A DNA stretch of 26,182 bases from Candidatus Omnitrophota bacterium (GCA_043821065.1 JBDRDE010000078.1:1-26182), one strand, 5' to 3'. Shown: positions 1 to 8,554, numbered from the stretch's first letter. Notes: generated by a model from the sequence alone, not told the origin. Numbers and translations: made by a program.

Positions 1-1
1 C

Positions 2-178
2 AGTGAGATTAAGGGTGCGGGCGTCGATTATGATAACATCGTGGCCGGCCTTGCGGGCTATCGCGGCCACCCAGGCGAGGCTCAAAGGCGGGAACATCCC
101 GAAGTATTTCTGGACTATGCGCAGATTCTCTTCGTGGACCTTGTATTTGAACGGGTTAAATATTAACGCGAACCGCAT
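2..178 (-). CDS. B12-binding domain radical SAM protein, N-terminal fragment (runs off window edge; not in ORF track)
   Basis: Manual translation from ATG 178: MRFALIFNPFKYKVHEENLRIVQKYFGMFPPLSLAWVAAIARKAGHDVIIIDARTLNLT. The PPLxLxxxAAxxRxxGHxVxIID pattern is typical of the cobalamin-binding N-domain of class B radical SAM enzymes. The CxxxCxxC motif lies outside the window. Confidence 0.8.
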   Translation of the reverse strand, partial: MRFALIFNPFKYKVHEENLRIVQKYFGMFPPLSLAWVAAIARKAGHDVIIIDARTLNLT

Positions 179-184
179 ATGGAT

Positions 185-213
185 ACTATACCAACAGAGG
201 GTTAAAAACTCAA
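185..213 (-). promoter_or_regulatory. sigma70-type promoter, probably leaderless, for the radical SAM gene
   Basis: Minus strand TTGAGT (213-208), 17-nt spacer, TG-extended TATAGT (190-185), 6 nt, then ATG (178). No Shine-Dalgarno sequence. Confidence 0.6.
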
Positions 214-218
214 GAAGT

Positions 219-2294
219 TTAAAGCGGCGCGTCGATCCCAGCGAGCACACGGGCCGCCTGCTCATCATACGGATCGATCTTCAGTATCTTCTTCAGGTGC
301 CAAACCGCCCGCCTGAAAAGCCCCATCTCGCAATAAATAGACGCGAGATTCCTATGCGCCTTTAAGTACGCGGGCTTAAATCTGACGGCGCGTTTGAAAT
401 GGTATACGGCCTTATCCGTCATGCCCGTCTCCCTATAGATAGCCCCCAGGTTGTTGTGCGCCAAGGCGTAATTCGGCCTGAGTTTTATGGCCTTCCTATA
501 ATATTCCGCCGCATCCTCGTGATCGCCGGCTTTGTCGCTTAAGAGTCCGAGGTTATAATAGGCCGGAGCGTAATTCGCGTTTTTCTCCAGCGCCTTATAG
601 TAAAACCTCTCCGCCTCTTTGCTGTCGCCTGTCTGGGCGTATATTATCCCACCCACGTTATTGTATATCTCCTCGGGATAATCCGAGCCCAACTCTACCG
701 CCTTGGCGTAATTGCGCATAACCCCGTCTACAAGGCCGTATTTCTTGTATATGGCGCTCGCGAGGTTATTATAGAGTTTTCCGTCGGTTGGGCTGAGTTT
801 TATCGCATTTTCATAACAACGTATAGCCTTGGCGTATTTCTTGCTATCGAAGTAAGCCCGCCCGAGGTTGTTATATACTATAACGTTATTATGGCCTGTG
901 CCGGCCGCCTTCTCCCAGAATGTCACGGAATCCTTCCAGTCCTGGTTTCGCGAAAATGTGGAGTATGAGTAAAACGCCAATATGCCCATTACCAAAAACA
1001 CAAAGAGCGCTCTGAGAGATCCTTGAGAGAGGCGCCGAAACGCCTGTCCGGGCAACGCGGTAAGCCCTGCGGCCAATGCCACGCAGAATCCGAAAGACGG
1101 TATATACAACCGTTGTTCGGCCAGCGGCCGGGAAAAGAGGATGATGATATTGGACGCGGGTATCAAAGTCAGGAATGTCCACGCCAAACCGAACGAGAGG
1201 AGCCTCAGCCTGCCCGGGGCAAAAGACGGTCCTGACGTATCCCGATAAGTCTTTACCATCACGGCCAAGGCCGCGGATAAGCAAACCGCGGATAAAATGA
1301 CAGGCGGTTCAAAAAACGAACCCGGGAAACTCATGTATCGTTGCGCGTTGAGCCCGACAGGCAAGAAGAGCATCTTTAAATACGACCCGAGCGTCTTAAT
1401 GACCGTCAGCATGTGCGTATACGCTCCTATAGGCTCAAAGCGGGCAAAGACTACCTCAAGAAAGATCTTCTTAAGTATGATATAGAGAGCCGTTACAGCG
1501 AAAAAAGGTATTGCCATCACCGCCCCTCTTTTCTTTTCGGAAGGCGGCATAAAATACACTACATACGCGGCCAGGACTAACGGGCCGGCCAAGGCGGATG
1601 CCTTTGAAAGAAGTGACATTATAAATGAAAGCGCGCTCAAGAGATATAACATGACGGCTGAAGCGGACCCGCCGCGCCGCGCGCTCTTTATAAAAAATAG
1701 GCACATCAAAAGAATAAAAAGCATGGCGAGAAGCTCGGACCTGTTCTTTATCCAGCACACCGCCTCCGCATGGATAGGGTGCGCGGCGAAGAAGGCCGCG
1801 GCCAAAAAAGGCAGGTTGAAAACCGGCGGGCCTTCTCTTCCCCGGCTTTCCTTTATCAGTAAATTGACAAAGCAGTATACCCCTATGACGCACAATATGT
1901 GCAATATCAGGTTTGTCAGGTGGTAACCGAACGGGTTGAGCTTCCAGAAATAGTAGTCCAGGCAAAAGGCTACGCTTACAAGTGGGCGGTAGTCTATCTT
2001 ATCCGGTTCGTCCGCCTGCTCCCTGAAATCGGCGTCATGCTCTTTCCAGTAACGCGGCGTAAAGAAGAAAGGGATATTAGCTATATCCCTCATATACTCA
2101 TCCCTTATGACGAATATCTTGTCGTCCCATATAAATGAGTTTTTGAGGCTGTTGGCGTAAATGCCCACGCTCAGCGCCGTCAGTAAAAATATACCTAAAA
2201 GAATATTTTTAATATTCGTAACGCTCCTTGACTCCAGGCAGCGCGATGTGTAATACCTGGATGCGGACACTCGCTCTTGTGCTCCATATACCAT
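219..2294 (-). CDS. TMTC-like GT-C glycosyltransferase with ~6 C-terminal TPRs (paralog 1); start codon uncertain
   Basis: TM1 followed by FIWDD; YRPL; YHLTNLILH; HPIHAEAVCWIKNRSELL; AEQRLYIPS; RNQDWKD; repeated YNNLG-type TPRs. The 5' end overlaps the epimerase 3' end. Confidence 0.85.
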   Translation of the reverse strand: MVYGAQERVSASRYYTSRCLESRSVTNIKNILLGIFLLTALSVGIYANSLKNSFIWDDKIFVIRDEYMRDIANIPFFFTPRYWKEHDADFREQADEPDKIDYRPLVSVAFCLDYYFWKLNPFGYHLTNLILHILCVIGVYCFVNLLIKESRGREGPPVFNLPFLAAAFFAAHPIHAEAVCWIKNRSELLAMLFILLMCLFFIKSARRGGSASAVMLYLLSALSFIMSLLSKASALAGPLVLAAYVVYFMPPSEKKRGAVMAIPFFAVTALYIILKKIFLEVVFARFEPIGAYTHMLTVIKTLGSYLKMLFLPVGLNAQRYMSFPGSFFEPPVILSAVCLSAALAVMVKTYRDTSGPSFAPGRLRLLSFGLAWTFLTLIPASNIIILFSRPLAEQRLYIPSFGFCVALAAGLTALPGQAFRRLSQGSLRALFVFLVMGILAFYSYSTFSRNQDWKDSVTFWEKAAGTGHNNVIVYNNLGRAYFDSKKYAKAIRCYENAIKLSPTDGKLYNNLASAIYKKYGLVDGVMRNYAKAVELGSDYPEEIYNNVGGIIYAQTGDSKEAERFYYKALEKNANYAPAYYNLGLLSDKAGDHEDAAEYYRKAIKLRPNYALAHNNLGAIYRETGMTDKAVYHFKRAVRFKPAYLKAHRNLASIYCEMGLFRRAVWHLKKILKIDPYDEQAARVLAGIDAPL

Positions 2295-3229
2295 TTATAT
2301 GACCTTATCAGTGATTGGCTATTGCTGTATTTAGGCGTCCAGCCTAAGGATTTCCGCGCCTTCTCAGTTGAAACATAATTATCTATATCGGCCGTATTGT
2401 AAACCCAGTTATAAATAGGCGATAACCGTGCTTTCTCAAGCAAGGCCAGTGATAATTTTGCCGTCTTTGCCGGGATGGGCATAACGCGCGCGCCTGTAGA
2501 CGCGTATTCGCACAGAGAACCGACGTCCTCAAAAACTGTGCCGAAACTCCCCGCGCCGATATTAAAAACCCCGTTCACCTCGCTAAGCGGGGCCTGGATT
2601 AAGAGGGATATCGCCTCCGTAAGATCTTCTACATCAAGGAGCTGGTACCGGTTCATACCGCTTCCTATTACCGGGATCTTCTTGCCGCTCTCCACCCAAT
2701 CGTATAGTATCTGAAAGATACCGAGCCTGGACGGGCCGATGAATGTTTTAGGGCGTACAATTGTAACGCCCAAACCATCGCCCCTGTAACCGCCGCATAT
2801 CCTCTCCGCCTCTATCTTGCTTTCGCTGTAAGGGCCCATGGGACAAAGCGCGGCGTCTTCATAAACCGGGTTCTCCTTTGGGATCCCATATACGGCCGTT
2901 GACGAGATGTATATGATCCTCTCGATATCGTTGACGCGCGCCGCCTCCAGCACGCCCCTTGTCCCGTTCACGTTTATGTCGAATATCTCGTCTCTTTTTC
3001 GTAACGGCAGAGCGGTCGCGGCGTGTATGACCACGTCGACCCCTTTGAACATCTCGACCAAGCGGCCGGACTCCCTGACATCCACTTCATAACCCTTTAC
3101 GTTCCGCGGATATTCACGGGAATCGATAGGCGCCATATCCAAAGCGATGACATCGCTAAAGCTGCCGGAGAGCTTATTGCACAGATGATATCCTAAGAAC
3201 CCCGCGCCTCCTGTTATGGCCAATCTCAT
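2195..3229 (-). CDS. NAD-dependent epimerase/dehydratase (extended SDR)
   Basis: MRLAITGGAGFLG Rossmann motif, HAAT, YISSTAVYG, catalytic YSESK. Start trimmed to ATG 3229 (alternative 3238); the track's longer N-terminus reads through the mobile-element hairpins. Confidence 0.9.
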   Translation of the reverse strand: MRLAITGGAGFLGYHLCNKLSGSFSDVIALDMAPIDSREYPRNVKGYEVDVRESGRLVEMFKGVDVVIHAATALPLRKRDEIFDINVNGTRGVLEAARVNDIERIIYISSTAVYGIPKENPVYEDAALCPMGPYSESKIEAERICGGYRGDGLGVTIVRPKTFIGPSRLGIFQILYDWVESGKKIPVIGSGMNRYQLLDVEDLTEAISLLIQAPLSEVNGVFNIGAGSFGTVFEDVGSLCEYASTGARVMPIPAKTAKLSLALLEKARLSPIYNWVYNTADIDNYVSTEKARKSLGWTPKYSNSQSLIRSYKWYMEHKSECPHPGITHRAAWSQGALRILKIFF

Positions 3230-3252
3230 GTCGCGCATGCCGTTTGTCTCAT

Positions 3253-3362
3253 TTGAGTGGAGCCCTCCCGGCCTGAAGGCCGGGGCTCCCTCCTTCTCCT
3301 TTAGAAATCCCTCTGCCGCATTCATCCCCGGGCTGAAGCCCCGGGGATTTCTGCGGGTAGGA
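3253..3362 (-). mobile_element. Miniature non-autonomous IS200/IS605-type element (two end hairpins, no tnpA/tnpB)
   Basis: Hairpin A (+ strand): CCGCA-TTC-AT-CCCCGGG-CTGAAGC-CCCGGGG-AT-TTC-TGCGG (3316-3356). Hairpin B: GGAGCC-CTC-CCGGCC-TGAA-GGCCGG-GGCTCC (3259-3289). Both resemble IS605-group subterminal palindromes. The minus strand ends ...CCAC/TCAA. Confidence 0.65.
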
Positions 3363-4238
3363 TTAAAGCCCGAAATAGATCACGAGGATACATGTGACGA
3401 CCCAAAAAACCAGATTTATCTGCGTCTTTACGTCTGAAAATAATACGCGGGTGGGGTCTCCGTCCCTGGCGATTTTATGTATCAGGTACAGATAACGGAA
3501 TATCCCGTAATATACGAACGGGATGCTGTACATCAGGTGTGCGGTCCCCAATTCGCCGACCGTTCTCGCGTCAAGGGTATAGAGCATATAAGCCACCGCT
3601 ATCGAGGAGGCGGTTACCCCTATCATCTGATCTATGAAATACGGTTTATACTCGATGAGGACACGGCGGTAGCGCGGCGCCTTTATCCCGGTCATCTTTA
3701 ATTCCTGCCGCCTCTTGGTAAAACCTAAAAAAAGCGCGAGCAGCGCCGTCATTATTATTATCCATGGCGACATGCTGACTCCGGCTATTAAACTGCCCGC
3801 GGCCACGCGCAGCAGGAAGAAAACCCCGATACAGAATACGTCTATGATGACCGCCTTTTTAAACAGCGCCGTATAGAGGATATTAAAAGCGAGATAAGCC
3901 GCCACAACGCGTCCAAAGCCGGCGTCAAGTATAAATGATAAGGCGAGCGAGAGAGCGCTTAGTATAAGCGCCGTAAAAAACGCCTGCCTCACGCCGATCT
4001 TGCCTGAGGCGAGCGGCCTAAGGCGCTTAGCCGGATGGAACCTGTCTCTATCCAGGTCCAATATGTCATTTATCAGATAGACCGAGCTTGCGGCCAAGGA
4101 GAATATAGAGAATGCTATGGCGGTCTTCAGGTTGTCCGGAAATATAAAGAGCCTCTTTCCGAAGATCAAAGGCAGGAAGATAAGCAGGTTTTTTACCCAC
4201 TGCCTCGGCCTAAGCGCAAAAAAGAGATCCTTGATCAT
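3363..4238 (-). CDS. UbiA-family prenyltransferase, decaprenyl-phosphate phosphoribosyltransferase-like
   Basis: LRPRQWVKN, YLINDILDLDRDRFHPAKRLRPLASG, KKAVIIDV, LFLGFTKRRQE, GDPT; multiple TM helices. Start at ATG 4238 after AAGGGAGAG. Confidence 0.88.
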   Translation of the reverse strand: MIKDLFFALRPRQWVKNLLIFLPLIFGKRLFIFPDNLKTAIAFSIFSLAASSVYLINDILDLDRDRFHPAKRLRPLASGKIGVRQAFFTALILSALSLALSFILDAGFGRVVAAYLAFNILYTALFKKAVIIDVFCIGVFFLLRVAAGSLIAGVSMSPWIIIMTALLALFLGFTKRRQELKMTGIKAPRYRRVLIEYKPYFIDQMIGVTASSIAVAYMLYTLDARTVGELGTAHLMYSIPFVYYGIFRYLYLIHKIARDGDPTRVLFSDVKTQINLVFWVVTCILVIYFGL

Positions 4239-4257
4239 CCACTCTCCCTTTTTTGAA

Positions 4258-4286
4258 ATTATAACACACATATATAACATTGGCAA
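4258..4286 (-). promoter_or_regulatory. sigma70-type promoter for the ubiA-like/epimerase/TMTC unit
   Basis: Minus strand TTGCCA (4286-4281), N17, TG-extended TATAAT (4263-4258). Confidence 0.7.
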
Positions 4287-4308
4287 TTCATTATCTCTCT
4301 CAGAGGAA

Positions 4309-4337
4309 TTGACTTTGTAAAGATACAATGGTATCAT
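4309..4337 (+). promoter_or_regulatory. sigma70-type promoter for the YfhO-like gene (divergent)
   Basis: TTGACT (4309-4314), N17, TG-extended TATCAT (4332-4337). Confidence 0.65.
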
Positions 4338-4348
4338 TTATGAGAAAA

Positions 4349-6295
4349 ATGCGTAAGCCCATGTCAGGATATATAAATCTCGCGATACCGGCTCTCCTCG
4401 TCACTCTAACCGTCGCATTCTGCCTGCCGGTCATCCTGCCCCTGAACAAGGTCGTAATTGAGGACGTCTACCTTGAGATCTGCTCGTTCATTGACCTTAA
4501 TCTCATGCATTTATCAGAGGGGCACAGGATCCCGTTTTGGGCCTTTCATTTCGGCGGAGGATATCCATTTCTCAAGCATCCTGACAACATGTCATTAAGC
4601 CCTTTATTCTATATTCTGATGGTCCCTTTCGGAAGCGCCGCGGGAGTTAAGCTTTTTATCCTCTTTTCGTACTGCGTTGGCGTAACAGGCTTTTACCTGT
4701 TCGCTAACAGGGTATTGAGATTAGGACAGGCAGGCTCCGCGATCGGCGCCATGTACTTTATCTTTAACAGCTTCATGCCCTATCAGATCAATACGGGCCA
4801 CATAAAGGATTTTAGCTGGTTTTATCTGCCCCTTGTAACATTTTGCCTATACGTTTCGAAAGAAGATCGGCGCTTTATATTCTTTGGGGCCTCTCTTGTA
4901 ACATTGGTCATATTAAACGGTTTCAGCCTCTATCTCGCGCCTATGGTCTTGCTGCTATTTTTGCTCGCCTTGTTAAACGATATCCCGCCTCACCAGGACC
5001 GCTTCATGGGCCAAAAGAGGCTTCTCTGCAATCTGCTTCTCATATTGGCCATCGCTTTTCTTTTGGGCGCGGTAAAGATATTTCCCATGCTTGAACTCTT
5101 TAAAGTGACTATGCGCGCGAAAGGGTATGCCGATGCCGCGCGCTATTCCATGACATTCGGCAAGATGATCTCGGCCTTCTTTTCCAGGGGTCCCTACGCG
5201 GTAGGCAATGAGGTCGCGATGGGCCCAAACGGCCTAAATATGGGCAGCGTGATGTACTTCGGCCTCATCCCAGGTTTTTTCTTTCTCCTCTCCTGCGTAT
5301 TCGCATTCATGAAGATATGGCGATATCTGCTGGCAATGACTCTCTTTATCCTTATGGGCATGGCCTATAACAGCCCTATAGACCTATTCTATATGCTCTG
5401 GCGCCTCCCGCTGTTCGGGTCCATGCATGAGGTGGCGCGTTACTTCTCCTTCCCCGCGGTCTTTTTGGCTTCCGTGATTATGGGCACCTTCTTCACATCC
5501 GGGCTATTTACACGTCTTAAAAAACACTTTAAGGTGTTATTATGTTTGCTCGCGCTCGTCGGGGCGGCAGACATGTTCGTTTCTAACGCCAGGTATTTTG
5601 AATTTACCGCGCTCAATCAGGCTGATGCGCCAAAGATGCGCGCCAATGAGGGTGAGTTCTTCAACGTGAGAAAGGAGCACCTATATCGCGCTCAACGGCA
5701 GCCTTTTTTTGACCCTGTCCGGAAATGGCCGCAAAAATATTACGAGGAGTTAATGGCCGGCATTCAGTACTACCTTGTAAGGCAAAATATAGGCCTTATA
5801 GACTGGTTCTGCGATATCCCGCTGCCTTCATACGCGGCGGCCAAATACGGGGTGCTCATAGGCTACGGTGAATACTGGAAGGACTTTAGGGGCGATATAT
5901 CCGAAAGAAACGGGGTGCTGCGCCTTGACGGTTATAAGGGCGAGTGCTTCTTCAGGGACCACGCGGGAAACAGGGTAAAGAGCGTGAAGTGGAATACGGA
6001 TGAGATAGTGATAGACATCGGGCAGATCTATCCGGATAAGCTTGTGGTAAACCAGAATTACGACAGGGATTGGACGGCCGATCCCGGGGCCATCTTTGAC
6101 GCCAATGGCCTGCTGGGCATAGCGCTCGACAAGCCAGTTAACGGGCATGTTACGCTTAATTACCGCCCAAAAGCTTTTTACGCCGGACTGACGGTAAGCT
6201 TGCTGACCTTGATTTTCTGCCTGGCCTGCTTGCTCGTACGCAAAGCGCGTAAAGATACCGCGGGAGGTCAACGCTCGTCTAACAATCTAAGGTAA
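4349..6295 (+). CDS. YfhO-like polytopic membrane protein (putative GT-C glycosyltransferase)
   Basis: TM1 followed by an acidic ED pair; IPFWAFHFGGGYPFLKHPDNMSLSP (YfhO-like PxW...GGYP motif); many TM segments; C-terminal extracytoplasmic domain with NQNYDRDW and VTLNYRP before the last TM. Start moved to 4349 (or 4361) because the track's ATG 4328 lies inside the promoter. Confidence 0.7.
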   Translation: MRKPMSGYINLAIPALLVTLTVAFCLPVILPLNKVVIEDVYLEICSFIDLNLMHLSEGHRIPFWAFHFGGGYPFLKHPDNMSLSPLFYILMVPFGSAAGVKLFILFSYCVGVTGFYLFANRVLRLGQAGSAIGAMYFIFNSFMPYQINTGHIKDFSWFYLPLVTFCLYVSKEDRRFIFFGASLVTLVILNGFSLYLAPMVLLLFLLALLNDIPPHQDRFMGQKRLLCNLLLILAIAFLLGAVKIFPMLELFKVTMRAKGYADAARYSMTFGKMISAFFSRGPYAVGNEVAMGPNGLNMGSVMYFGLIPGFFFLLSCVFAFMKIWRYLLAMTLFILMGMAYNSPIDLFYMLWRLPLFGSMHEVARYFSFPAVFLASVIMGTFFTSGLFTRLKKHFKVLLCLLALVGAADMFVSNARYFEFTALNQADAPKMRANEGEFFNVRKEHLYRAQRQPFFDPVRKWPQKYYEELMAGIQYYLVRQNIGLIDWFCDIPLPSYAAAKYGVLIGYGEYWKDFRGDISERNGVLRLDGYKGECFFRDHAGNRVKSVKWNTDEIVIDIGQIYPDKLVVNQNYDRDWTADPGAIFDANGLLGIALDKPVNGHVTLNYRPKAFYAGLTVSLLTLIFCLACLLVRKARKDTAGGQRSSNNLR

Positions 6296-8547
6296 TTCTC
6301 CGCTGCCGCGTTACCGGGCGATATCTTCAGGACCTCTTCCCACTCTTTTTTTGACAGATCGTAGGACTTCTTGTCGTGATAATATGTCAGGGCGAGGTTG
6401 TTGTGAGCCGCGAGGTATCCAGGTTCGATCTCAATGGCCTTCTTAAAGCATTCGATCGCCGTATCATACCGCCCCGCGTTGCGATACGCTACGCCGAGCG
6501 AGTTATGCGCGTTCGCGTGTCCGGGAACGAGCTTTACGGCCCTGTCGCAATAGGAGACGGCCTCTTCGAACATGCCCAGGGAGTTTGACATCAATCCCAA
6601 ATTGTAATAGGCGTCCGCGAGATCGTCTTTAAGATCGACCGCTTTTTTGCAAAACTCCATGGCTTTATATACCTTATTCGGTTCCGCGTTATATATCATC
6701 GCCCCCAACGCGTTGTAGGCCTCGGCATAATCCGGTTTAAGCTCTATGGCCTTTTTGTAATACGCTTCCGCCTTCTCGTAGAGGGCCAATGAACCATACA
6801 TGATCCCCAGATTATAATAAACCGTTGTAAGGCCCGGGTCGAGCTCGATCGCCTTCAGGCTTAAACCTATGGCCTCGCTGGCCCTTCCCGGGTCCGCGTA
6901 GAAGAGGGCCTCTCCCAGGTTTTTGTAAGCATCAGCGTTACCCGGCATGAGATCAAGCGCCTTCTTGAAATAGAACAGCGCCTCGTCAGTTACGCCATCA
7001 AGCGCGTACAGAACCTCACCGGCGTTACCGAACGCCTCGCCATAATATGGGTTAAGTTCCGCGGCTTTGCGGAACTGTTCCAAGGCGAGGTCAAGGCGCC
7101 CTGTGCGGCGGTACACAACACCCAGATTGTTCCGAGCCAAAGGATCATATGGATCTATCTCGATGGCCATTTTAAACTCGTCTTCTGCTTCTCTGTATCT
7201 CTCCGTCCTCTCGTAAGCGGTACCCAGGTTATTGTGCGCCCTGCCGCTTCCCGGTGAGCTCTCTACCGTTTTTAGCCATAACTTCGCCGGGTCCTGCCAG
7301 TCAATATTCCTCAAGACCGCGGTTGTAGCGTAAAATATCAGGATGGCCGCCGCCGCAAACACGGCTTTACCCCTGATGCTTCCGAAGCCTGGCAAGCGCG
7401 CCTTGACGCCGCATAGTGCGTCAAACGCCAGCGCCAGGATAAGGCAGAACCCCACAGAAGGTATATAAAGGCGTTGTTCCGCGATAGGCCTCGTCCATAT
7501 GAAAAAGATATTGGATACAGGCATGAGCGTGGCGAAGATCCATAATATGGCAAATGAGAAAAGGTTACGATGTTCCCATTTACTCCGGGACACCATCACC
7601 GCCGCGCATAAGAACGCGAGTATCGAGGCCGTCGAAAAGAGGACAGCCGGCTCAAAGAATGACTTTGGTATGATAAAAAGGCGTTCCGCGTTAAGGCCAT
7701 ACGGCAAGGCGAGCACTTTCAGGTAGGCGCCGAGAGTCTTAGACACGGATAATAAATTCACGTAAAGGCCTATGCGCGGCGCGGCATCCGTCCGTCCGAT
7801 TGTGCCGAGAACGGAATATTTGAAAAGTATGTAGAGGCCCGCTATCAGGAAAAAAGGCGCCAGTCTCTTGGCGGCTGCCTTGTATTCGCCTTTCCGCACA
7901 AATATGAGTGTGTATAAAAATAAGATGATCGGCAGAATAACGGCCGTCTCCTTTGAAAATAGCGCCGCGACAAAAAAAACAAGCGCCGACTGACGACGTT
8001 TTAAAAAAAAGATTGTCGCCAACATGAAGAATGTCAAACACAATAGGTCCGAGCGGTTCTTTATCCAGCTGACCGACTCCGTATGAGCCGGGTGAGCGGC
8101 GAAAAAGGCGGCTGAGAGAAAGGCGAGAATATATACCCATGCTTCGCTATCCCCCGCCTTCTCTTCTTTTCCTTTATACCTCATTATAAGCGAGTAAGTG
8201 AGAAAATAGACCAGGGCCGAATTACATACATGGACCAGCACATTCGTCAGGTGATATCCGAAGGGGTTAGACCGCCAGATAGCATAGTCAACGGCAAAGC
8301 TAACAGCTGTTATCGGCCGGTAAGGGGTAGGAAGGTCACTAATAAACTCGGACTTCTTTGACAAAAAGGCGTATTTCCAGTAACTGGGCGTAAAGAAGAA
8401 CGGTATATTCTTAAGGTCTTTGACATAGTCATCCTTTAGAATAACCGTCTCATCATCCCACATGAATGGGGCCGCCAATGTGTTTAAAAAGATCGCGGCA
8501 GCAAACGTTGTCAGAAAAGCCAAAAAGATAAAATGCCACTTTTTCAT
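6268..8547 (-). CDS. TMTC-like GT-C glycosyltransferase with ~9 TPRs (paralog 2)
   Basis: FMWDD; YRPI; YHLTNVLVH; HPAHTESVSWIKNRSDLL; FSKE; AEQRLYIPS; RNIDWQD; nine NLG-type TPRs. Confidence 0.88.
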   Translation of the reverse strand: MKKWHFIFLAFLTTFAAAIFLNTLAAPFMWDDETVILKDDYVKDLKNIPFFFTPSYWKYAFLSKKSEFISDLPTPYRPITAVSFAVDYAIWRSNPFGYHLTNVLVHVCNSALVYFLTYSLIMRYKGKEEKAGDSEAWVYILAFLSAAFFAAHPAHTESVSWIKNRSDLLCLTFFMLATIFFLKRRQSALVFFVAALFSKETAVILPIILFLYTLIFVRKGEYKAAAKRLAPFFLIAGLYILFKYSVLGTIGRTDAAPRIGLYVNLLSVSKTLGAYLKVLALPYGLNAERLFIIPKSFFEPAVLFSTASILAFLCAAVMVSRSKWEHRNLFSFAILWIFATLMPVSNIFFIWTRPIAEQRLYIPSVGFCLILALAFDALCGVKARLPGFGSIRGKAVFAAAAILIFYATTAVLRNIDWQDPAKLWLKTVESSPGSGRAHNNLGTAYERTERYREAEDEFKMAIEIDPYDPLARNNLGVVYRRTGRLDLALEQFRKAAELNPYYGEAFGNAGEVLYALDGVTDEALFYFKKALDLMPGNADAYKNLGEALFYADPGRASEAIGLSLKAIELDPGLTTVYYNLGIMYGSLALYEKAEAYYKKAIELKPDYAEAYNALGAMIYNAEPNKVYKAMEFCKKAVDLKDDLADAYYNLGLMSNSLGMFEEAVSYCDRAVKLVPGHANAHNSLGVAYRNAGRYDTAIECFKKAIEIEPGYLAAHNNLALTYYHDKKSYDLSKKEWEEVLKISPGNAAAENYLRLLDER

Positions 8548-8554
8548 AAACCGC

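Noticed and set aside
3-365. 120-aa plus-strand ORF and the many other short antisense or alternate-frame ORFs (e.g. 24499..25683, 20715..21404, 17185..17733)
   Set aside because: They are shadows of well-supported minus-strand genes, with Ser/Phe/Leu-rich antisense composition and no motifs.
3230-3325. N-terminal extension of the epimerase (MNAAEGFLKEK...)
   Set aside because: It derives from the IS-like hairpins; the Rossmann motif begins right after Met 3229.
7972-8010. A8 homopolymers in TMTC paralog 2 as phase-variation tracts
   Set aside because: They encode Phe-rich TM segments, are short, and the frame is intact.
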